A DNA stretch of 64,000 bases from Alphaproteobacteria bacterium (GTDB lineage Bacteria; Pseudomonadota; Alphaproteobacteria; Rickettsiales; SXRF01): contig JANYES010000018.1 of assembly GCA_025362975.1 (NCBI GenBank), positions 147,309 through 211,308 of the forward strand, read 5' to 3'. The position numbers and the translations under genes were made by a program. Shown piece after piece: positions 8,371 to 15,042 of the stretch; positions within the stretch are counted from its first letter, which is position 1; each line of letters opens with the position of its first letter. The notes under the pieces were generated by a model, which saw only the letters and a program-made list of their open reading frames with translations, made no database searches and was not told the origin of the DNA.

Positions 8371-9818
8371 GCAATCACCCGGATAGTTTGTAAAATTTCG
8401 GCGGCTTCTGCATCAAGGGCAGCTATTTCATCTATAATTTCCTGCGGAGTTCGGATAGCAGTTACTTCGGCTTTATTAGGATTCTTTACCGAAAGGTCGT
8501 AGGTGGAGGTGGGAATGGTTTTAGCATCAACCGTCCATGAATTGTCGGAATCGCCGAAACTGGTTTGTAGCCTCACAAACTCGTTCAGATCATTGTCATT
8601 CAGTGGGTTGGTTTTCCCCATATTGCGGGCTGGCTTTAACTGATAATACCAAATTTTACGTGTTGCTGCGCCTTTTTCAAAGAATAGCACTACGGTCTTT
8701 ACGCCTGCACCGAGGAAGGTTCCGCCGGGGCAGTCCAGCACCGTGTGCAGGTCGCAGCTAGCGAGCAATTCTTTCCGCAGGGCAATGGAGGCATTATCGG
8801 TATTGCTTAAGAAGGTGTTTTTAATCACCACCGCAGCGCGGCCTCCGGCTTTCAGGCTTTTCATGAAATGCTGCAAGAACAGCATGGCGGTTTCGCCTGT
8901 TTTAATGGGGAAGTTTTGCTGCACTTCCACACGTTCCTTGCCGCCAAATGGGGGATTGGCAAGGATGATGTCGAAACGGTCTTTTTCCTGAATATCGGTG
9001 ATGTTTTCCGCCAGCGTATTGGTGTGCAGGATGTTTGGGGTTTCGATGCCATGCAAAATCATGTTCATGATGGCGATGACATAGGCGAGGCTTTTCTTTT
9101 CCTTGCCGTAGAATGTGCGTTGTTGCAGGGTTTTCAGGTCGCTGGTGGTCAGTTCCTTGCTGCGCAGGTAATCATAGGCTTCGCACAAAAAGCCTGCTGA
9201 ACCGACCGCGCCATCATAAATCCGTTCGCCGATTCTAGGCTTTATCACCTGAATCATGGCGCGAATGAGGGGGCGCGGGGTGTAATATTCACCGCCGTTG
9301 CGTCCTGCATTACCCATATTCTTGATTTTGGTTTCGTACAGGTGCGAAAGTTCGTGCTTTTCTTTCTGGGAACGGAAACGCAACTCATCCGCCCGCTCCA
9401 ATACGTCGCGCAGCGTATAGCCGCTTTGGATTTTATTGCGAATTTCGCTGAATATTTCACCGATTTTATATTCGATGGTATCCGGGCTATCCGCCTTTTG
9501 CTTAAACCCTTTCAGGTAGGGAAACAGCTTGGAATCCACAAACTCGCGCAGGTCATCGCCTGTGAGTGCTTTGTTATGGTCAAACTTGCCATCGGCTGTT
9601 TTGGGCGCTGCCCATGATTCCCAGCGGTAAGCCTTGTCGATAATATATTCATATTTTTTGCCAACCAGTTCGGCTTCATCGGCTTTCTGGCGCTCTAGGT
9701 CATCAAGGTATTTGAGAAACAGTATCCATGAAGTCTGCTCGGTATAGTCCAGCTCGCTGGTGCAACCGGCATCTTTCCACAGCACATCGTCGATATTCTT
9801 AAAAACCTGTTCAAACAT
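8367..9818 (-). CDS. hsdM: Type I R-M N6-adenine DNA methyltransferase subunit
   Basis: HsdM N-terminal domain (MFEQVFKNIDDVLWKDAG), SAM motif DGAVGSAGFL and catalytic NPPFG. The start is moved to ATG 9818. Confidence 0.95.
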   Translation of the reverse strand: MFEQVFKNIDDVLWKDAGCTSELDYTEQTSWILFLKYLDDLERQKADEAELVGKKYEYIIDKAYRWESWAAPKTADGKFDHNKALTGDDLREFVDSKLFPYLKGFKQKADSPDTIEYKIGEIFSEIRNKIQSGYTLRDVLERADELRFRSQKEKHELSHLYETKIKNMGNAGRNGGEYYTPRPLIRAMIQVIKPRIGERIYDGAVGSAGFLCEAYDYLRSKELTTSDLKTLQQRTFYGKEKKSLAYVIAIMNMILHGIETPNILHTNTLAENITDIQEKDRFDIILANPPFGGKERVEVQQNFPIKTGETAMLFLQHFMKSLKAGGRAAVVIKNTFLSNTDNASIALRKELLASCDLHTVLDCPGGTFLGAGVKTVVLFFEKGAATRKIWYYQLKPARNMGKTNPLNDNDLNEFVRLQTSFGDSDNSWTVDAKTIPTSTYDLSVKNPNKAEVTAIRTPQEIIDEIAALDAEAAEILQTIRVIA

Positions 9819-9878
9819 TGTCTTATCCTGCTGGTAACGTTTGCTATAATTTAACGCCTTGGACGGACAATGCAATTG

Positions 9879-10973
9879 TTATGAAGGCGTGCTCATCCCC
9901 AGATAATTCAGCACTTCCTTAATGGTTTCCGGCGTAATAGCTATATTCTTTCCATCCAATCCCTTAATTAGTTCACCCTGACGCTCGACGCTGACGTTTC
10001 CGTAGCTACGAAAGGTAGTCATCACACTTTCATGCCCGATGTTCTGGCTCCATGCTTTAAATTCTTCCGGGGTGCGGCAACGTTGCTCGCCGACCTGTAC
10101 AAGCGTTTTACGCAGCAGGTGGGGATGGAAATAAGGCAAGCCGACGCGTGCATAAGCCTCGCGCATGATTTTGCGCACCGTTCCTGCCGTTGACCAGCAA
10201 ACCCGCTCAAAACCAACGGGCGCGAAGCCTGCGGTATCTGTGACGGCAAGTTTAGTGCGGGGGAATAGCGGGTCTTCGTTGCCGTACAGCAGGTTTTTGC
10301 GCAGGTAAGCTACCCAGTCCTTCACGATGGTTTTTAGATCGTCGCCCAACGGTGTCCAGTAAGTGAAAATCTGTTTACTGGCTTTGGTTTTTACCTCGTT
10401 AGGGTTTTGATCGACGAACTCGCGGTCAGCGTCGATATGTTTCAGGCGAAGGGAGATCAGCGCACTGTCGCGCATCCCCGTGAGAATCGCCAGCGCGAAA
10501 AGCGCCCGGTCGCGGCGTTCGATGTCGGTATTGCTTGGCATGGCAAGGATGGCGTGGCGCACCTGCTCCAAGGTGGGGAAGGGCTTGATAGGTCGGGCGC
10601 GAGCGATACGGCCTTCCTTCTCGCCAAAATTAAGGTATTCGGTGTCGCTGACTTTGATTTTGCTGCGATAGCCCGGTTCGCGGCTTAACCAGATAAAAAA
10701 GTCCTTCAACGCGCCGAGGATGTGTTGGATGGTCGATTTACTGAGCGGTTGCTTGTCGCGTTGGGCGAGCAGACCAGCAAGGTGCTTTTTAAAGGCAACC
10801 GCTACCTCTTTATTGAAGTGACCGAAGCTGCGGAAATGAGTATATTCTTCATAGCGGTGGATTGCAGCGCCGAGCGCCAAAGTGGTTTGCTCAGACTTAC
10901 GCATGGCCTCTCGCTGGTAGTCGAGATAGCGGCGTTTAATACGTTCATTTTCGGCGTTGTATTTCACCATCAT
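9879..10973 (-). CDS. Tyrosine recombinase (integrase A)
   Basis: SAM-like N-domain and a catalytic region with LTGMRDSAL (R), HPHLLRKT (HxxR) and GHESVMTTFRSYGNV (H ... Y). Confidence 0.9.
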   Translation of the reverse strand: MMVKYNAENERIKRRYLDYQREAMRKSEQTTLALGAAIHRYEEYTHFRSFGHFNKEVAVAFKKHLAGLLAQRDKQPLSKSTIQHILGALKDFFIWLSREPGYRSKIKVSDTEYLNFGEKEGRIARARPIKPFPTLEQVRHAILAMPSNTDIERRDRALFALAILTGMRDSALISLRLKHIDADREFVDQNPNEVKTKASKQIFTYWTPLGDDLKTIVKDWVAYLRKNLLYGNEDPLFPRTKLAVTDTAGFAPVGFERVCWSTAGTVRKIMREAYARVGLPYFHPHLLRKTLVQVGEQRCRTPEEFKAWSQNIGHESVMTTFRSYGNVSVERQGELIKGLDGKNIAITPETIKEVLNYLGMSTPS

Positions 10974-11455
10974 TTTTCTCCTTGGTTGAAGTCACGCATA
11001 ACGAGGGAAGCGGAACTCTCCTTTATGTGTTCTCCATTGATCGTCTGAACCACGAACAGTTGCCTTATCTCCGGCAGTTTTTTGTCGCTGGTGATGCGCT
11101 GCATTTTTGTACCACAAGATACGCATAGTGCCTTCACCAACCAACCGCCTTTTTTAAGGCTGATTAAGTCCACCAGTCGCTCCCATGCCTGCCGGGGTTG
11201 GCGGCATTTGCAGCAATAAAATTCCCCCGGCTGGCAGGTGCTTTTTCGGCTCTTTTGGCGCTGGTCATGGAACTGGGTAAGGTCGGAGCCGTGAATCATC
11301 ATCGGGCGGTTGCCGTCGATGGTTTTCAAGCCCTGCTTTACCCAGTTCGAGACCGCGTTTTTGTGGACGCCGAAAAGTTCCGCGACTTCGTGGACATAAT
11401 ACGCATGGTGTTTGCGTATCAGGCGGGTGTTATAGGTGCGCCGCTTCGTCGGCAT
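10970..11455 (-). CDS. HTH + zinc-ribbon protein accompanying integrase A
   Basis: HTH YYVHEVAELFGVHKNAVSNWVKQG and Cys pairs CCKC ... CVSC. It overlaps the integrase start by 4 nt. The start is set at ATG 11455. Confidence 0.6.
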   Translation of the reverse strand: MPTKRRTYNTRLIRKHHAYYVHEVAELFGVHKNAVSNWVKQGLKTIDGNRPMMIHGSDLTQFHDQRQKSRKSTCQPGEFYCCKCRQPRQAWERLVDLISLKKGGWLVKALCVSCGTKMQRITSDKKLPEIRQLFVVQTINGEHIKESSASLVMRDFNQGEK

Positions 11456-11459
11456 GATT

Positions 11460-11672
11460 TTATACCGATTCCAAGCCGACGACGCGAGCAGCAACAAAAG
11501 CCTGCAAATCGGACAGGCGGTATTTTACCAAACGCCCCACCTTGACATAGGGAAGGGGGTAACGTTTTGTGCAAGCCCATACTTCCAACGTGCCTTTTGA
11601 CACGCCAAGAAATGCGGCGGCTTCGGCGCGGGTAAGCAAGGTATTTTCTGATTCGGTCATATCGTTCTCCAT
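11460..11672 (-). CDS. AlpA/excisionase-type HTH protein
   Basis: LLTRAEAAAFLGVSKGTLEVWACTKRYPLPYVKVGRLVKYRLSDL matches the AlpA/MerR-like excisionase pattern. Confidence 0.8.
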   Translation of the reverse strand: MENDMTESENTLLTRAEAAAFLGVSKGTLEVWACTKRYPLPYVKVGRLVKYRLSDLQAFVAARVVGLESV

Positions 11673-11769
11673 TGGGGGTTGTTAAAGTTCCCAATGCAGC
11701 GATAACCTAGATTAGCCCAGCAAGTCAGCCCTCTGGGGGTCTGAGGGTGGGGGTCTGAGAGTCGGAGGG

Positions 11770-12903
11770 TTAGAGGCTGTTGCCGCCTTTTCTTGCGATA
11801 GGACAACGGATAATGGTGTCCATAATTTCAGCGCGGGTTTTGCTGAAATCGGTAATGCCTCTTTTACCTGCTTCCTCTTGGAGCCATGCCACTACGTCTT
11901 TTTTCATAGGTGCAACGCTCGGGTTGGGGTTGGCAAGATCATATCCTTTCCAAAAGTGATTGATAGCATCGTACATTAACGCCATGTCCGGCGTGACATG
12001 CGCTGGCCTTTCAGGTTTAGATGGGGTGGAGTCGAGCATGGCTAGTTTTAGGGGTAACGTTTCTGCCCATGCGATTAATTCATCGGGTATAACTTTTAAG
12101 TGTAGGCTTTCTGTCACCATATCCGTCGGCGTTTTAATAAGCTTTAATTGACCGGCGGTATGGGCATCTAGTGCGTAGTCTAGTAACCTGCCAAAAATAT
12201 CATTTTCACCTTTATAGACAGTTGCATTCGGAGCTTTACGGTTGCGCCTGCCTATAAGATACAAAATGCCCGTATCAAGTTCCCAAAGTGGTTCCTTGCG
12301 TAAGGATGCGAAGTCGCCGGGGGTGATAAGGGGGTAAAAAAACGCTTCTCTTTCCTGCGCTGCTTTCCTGCTGTTGACCAAATAGATAACTGTATGCGCG
12401 GCATCGACGATTTGCTTTGATACCGGAAAACCTCGATGTGCAGCCCAGTTCAGAAACACATAAGAATCGACATCACCGACGCGATAATAAGGAAATTCAC
12501 CCCACCTGTCCGGCTGGGGAACATAGTAACTTAATATTCCGGCCTCGATGTCTTGCTGCGCTGCTTCGTAGCAGGCTTTGGCATCGGGCATATTTAAGAT
12601 AAATTCTTTGGCGGCAGCAAAGAGTGCATCATCATTCGGGAATTTTGCGTCAGTTACGCGTGTAGACTTTGAACCGTCGAACATTTCCAGCAAGGCTTGG
12701 TAATCATCAAAATGGAACCTGCCATGTGTAAGACCATGCCTGTCCCAAAATTCTTCTGTAAACAGGATTGATACCAACCATACGAGCGGTTCGTGTTCGT
12801 GGATAGATAATTTGGACTTATTGGCAGCAGGAATGGCTATATCTGGAGCAACAACGGTCATATTGAGTTCGCTAAATTGTTTAATCCAATTTAAGCCACC
12901 CAT
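11770..12903 (-). CDS. Hypothetical protein (377 aa; alternative start at MTVVAPD, 15 codons in)
   Basis: Long clean ORF co-directional with its neighbours. I recognise no motif. Confidence 0.55.
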   Translation of the reverse strand: MGGLNWIKQFSELNMTVVAPDIAIPAANKSKLSIHEHEPLVWLVSILFTEEFWDRHGLTHGRFHFDDYQALLEMFDGSKSTRVTDAKFPNDDALFAAAKEFILNMPDAKACYEAAQQDIEAGILSYYVPQPDRWGEFPYYRVGDVDSYVFLNWAAHRGFPVSKQIVDAAHTVIYLVNSRKAAQEREAFFYPLITPGDFASLRKEPLWELDTGILYLIGRRNRKAPNATVYKGENDIFGRLLDYALDAHTAGQLKLIKTPTDMVTESLHLKVIPDELIAWAETLPLKLAMLDSTPSKPERPAHVTPDMALMYDAINHFWKGYDLANPNPSVAPMKKDVVAWLQEEAGKRGITDFSKTRAEIMDTIIRCPIARKGGNSL

Positions 12904-12918
12904 AATTTAACGCAATCG

Positions 12919-14085
12919 TTAACTTTCTTCGCTGACCTTTATAGGCGCAGCCAGCGCAAAGATAACATCCGTTGCCCGCTGCACCGATTCTCGCACGGGG
13001 TCGAGGTTCAGGCGTGAATAGACCTGCGTGGCCTGCTGGGATTTATGTCCTAGGGATTTGCCGATGATTGAAAGGGAAGCCTCGGTAATGGCCTGATAGC
13101 TGCCTAAGGTACGGCGGATGTCATGGATGCGGAGGTCGGTGATGCCAGCGGCTTCCATGACCCTTGTCCATGCGCGTTTGGGGTCGGAATAATGGGTGCT
13201 GCCGTTCTTGCCGGGAAATACCCATCGACTGCCTGTTCCTTTACGGCGGCGTTGCAGGATTTCGATAGCGGTGGGAATAAGCGGTAATGTTACCGGGTCG
13301 CCGTTCTTGGTTTCGGCGATGCGCCATTCCGCCCGTTCCCAATTCACCTCGCTCCATTGCATAGCGAGGACGTTCGACTTACGCGCACCCGTCAGCAGCG
13401 ACATAAGAATATAATCACGGGCGGTTTCATTCTTTTCCTTGCCAAGCGCCTCATGGAAACGAATCAGCTCATCGGTTTGCATAAAACGGTCGCGGGAGCG
13501 TTCACGGAACTTTTTGATGCCGAGGGTAGGATTGCTACCTTCCCAGCCCCATTCGATGGCTTTATTAAAGATGGCGCGGATGCGTTCCAGCAGGCGGTTA
13601 GCTTGGTACTGTCCGTTTTCCCGCCCAACCTTTTCGTGGAGCTTGGCGACTTCCTGTTTGGTGATCGACGAAATCTTACGGGTGAACCAGTGCGGCAGGA
13701 ATTTGTTTACCTCGCGCTGGTCGTATATCCACGATTTCTTGTGCGGCTTGCTGTATCGCTCCATGTAATCATGGAACAGCTCGGCGAAGGTCGTTTCCTG
13801 CCGCAGTTTAGTCTTTTCCATGTTAGGGTTCGCGCCGCCTGCGATAGCTGCCTTGGTTTTCAGCGCCGCTACCCGTGCCTGTTCGACTGTCATATCCGGG
13901 AAAGCGCCGAGTTTCACGCGCTCATCACGCCCGTGGATGCGCTTCCTTACGAAGAAAGTTACTGCACTACCCGCTGTAATATAAAGGCTAAGACCTTTTT
14001 CTTTGGTGTCACGGTAGGACATCATGCCCTTGGCGGGGACGGGTAATTTTTGAATCTCTGATTTGGTAAAATTGAACGCTTTCAT
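12919..14085 (-). CDS. int: P4-type tyrosine integrase (DUF4102 N-terminus)
   Basis: N-terminus KGLSLYITAGSAVTFFVRKRIHGRDERVKLG. Catalytic LTGARKSNV (R), HDIRRT (HxxR), LGHKSQQATQVYSRL (H ... Y). The start is set at ATG 14085. Confidence 0.9.
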   Translation of the reverse strand: MKAFNFTKSEIQKLPVPAKGMMSYRDTKEKGLSLYITAGSAVTFFVRKRIHGRDERVKLGAFPDMTVEQARVAALKTKAAIAGGANPNMEKTKLRQETTFAELFHDYMERYSKPHKKSWIYDQREVNKFLPHWFTRKISSITKQEVAKLHEKVGRENGQYQANRLLERIRAIFNKAIEWGWEGSNPTLGIKKFRERSRDRFMQTDELIRFHEALGKEKNETARDYILMSLLTGARKSNVLAMQWSEVNWERAEWRIAETKNGDPVTLPLIPTAIEILQRRRKGTGSRWVFPGKNGSTHYSDPKRAWTRVMEAAGITDLRIHDIRRTLGSYQAITEASLSIIGKSLGHKSQQATQVYSRLNLDPVRESVQRATDVIFALAAPIKVSEES

Positions 14086-14092
14086 AAACTCC

Positions 14093-14134
14093 TCATTGCC
14101 GCACCGTTGCCGCAAATTGGAGTCTATTGCCGCA
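14093..14134 (+). repeat. Three 11-bp repeats TCATTGCCGCA / CCGTTGCCGCA / CTATTGCCGCA next to the integrase start
   Basis: Read directly. They belong to the same family as 1534-1555 at the other island end. Confidence 0.6.
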
Positions 14135-14234
14135 ATTTTCATCATGCAAGGTTAAATAATGAAATCGCTGAGAGTCGCAGTTTATAAGGGTTGGGATGGC
14201 TGTATTAAATTTCGCTACACATACGTTCCTGTGG

Positions 14235-14296
14235 CTCATAACCTGAAGGCCGCAGGTTCAAATCCTGCCCCCGCAACCAACACCAGAGCCACTTTC
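14235..14296 (+). other. 3' part of an initiator tRNA-Met gene (anticodon loop CTCATAA to CCA) plus trailer; contains att-like direct repeat B
   Basis: CTCATAACCTGAAGGCCGCAGGTTCAAATCCTGCCCCCGCAACCA parallels the anticodon loop to 3' end of E. coli tRNA-fMet. No matching 5' half (acceptor or D-arm) precedes it. Confidence 0.8.
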
Positions 14297-14324
14297 CGAA
14301 GATTGGCTAAATCCTCAAAAAACT

Positions 14325-14346
14325 CCGTTGCTACCCCGTTGCTACC
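14325..14346 (+). repeat. Perfect tandem 11-bp repeat CCGTTGCTACC x2
   Basis: Read directly. It sits at the same distance from DR-B as 1534-1555 does from DR-A, suggesting the homologous left end of an older island. Confidence 0.6.
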
Positions 14347-14402
14347 TGTCGGGCAAGTTTATAGTAGGCTTCTAATAACAATCCGTTATTGAATAAGCCT
14401 AT

Positions 14403-14852
14403 ATGTCCTATTTAATAAACTTTGATGATCCCCAGAACTTTGAACCAAGATATTTTGAAACTCTTGGCGCAGTAATTGGCATTTATTTTGTTTTTCTAAC
14501 AAAAACGAAAATTGCCTATCCATTTAAGCCTTCACGACTCATTTATGTAGGTATGAGTGAGCGCAGAACAAATAGTATCGGCACACGGTTAACGGATCAC
14601 TATATTGGTCGCTCAGGTAATAAGGGGTTACAAAACTATCGTAAGATTGAGCAACTCCAATTCACTTATTTGAACTTCCAAATTTTGGAAGGAATATGGC
14701 CTTCTAAAATAGAAGACCTTGAAAGCTATCTATTATTAGACTTCGTTGAACGGTTTGGTGTATATCCAATTTGTAATAACAAGAGTACTTACCCAGAATC
14801 TCTATTCAATTCTCAAAAGCCTTTAGAAATAGACTGGAATTATTTTGATTGA
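14403..14852 (+). CDS. GIY-YIG superfamily nuclease (149 aa)
   Basis: Motifs in order: GIYFVF, YVGMS, R-x3-H (TRLTDH), acidic LESYLLLDF and CNN. Confidence 0.7.
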   Translation: MSYLINFDDPQNFEPRYFETLGAVIGIYFVFLTKTKIAYPFKPSRLIYVGMSERRTNSIGTRLTDHYIGRSGNKGLQNYRKIEQLQFTYLNFQILEGIWPSKIEDLESYLLLDFVERFGVYPICNNKSTYPESLFNSQKPLEIDWNYFD

Positions 14853-15042
14853 GGCAATGATGGCAAAAACAGGCACAGAGATTTTACAAGATTTTATAAA
14901 AGCCCTCGATAATAACCCCGGCTGGGATGCTGACGTAGTGTCTGTAATACAAACTCTATGTAAAGAGGGCAGGCTAACTGATAAAGCAATTTCCAACGAA
15001 TTAGAAAACCTTCGCAAGCAAAAGCTCAATGAAAATCCGTAA
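14845..15042 (+). CDS. Small helical protein (65 aa; alternative ATG at 14857)
   Basis: It overlaps the upstream stop by 8 nt and the downstream start by 14 nt. I recognise no motif. Confidence 0.5.
   Translation: MIEAMMAKTGTEILQDFIKALDNNPGWDADVVSVIQTLCKEGRLTDKAISNELENLRKQKLNENP

Larger units (their letters stand above)
1474..14296. mobile_element. Genomic island 1, bracketed by direct repeats derived from the 3' end of initiator tRNA-Met
   Basis: DR-A (1474-1504) and DR-B (14267-14296) match 25 of 26 nt with one indel. A P4-type integrase sits just inside DR-B. 11-bp (C/T)(C/A)(G/T)TTGCCGCA repeats lie inside both ends. All 11 genes are on the minus strand. Confidence 0.7.

Noticed and set aside
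14159-14392. 77-aa plus-strand ORF
   Set aside because: It is composed of the tRNA-fMet fragment, the att-like repeat and the 11-bp tandem repeats, so it is not coding.
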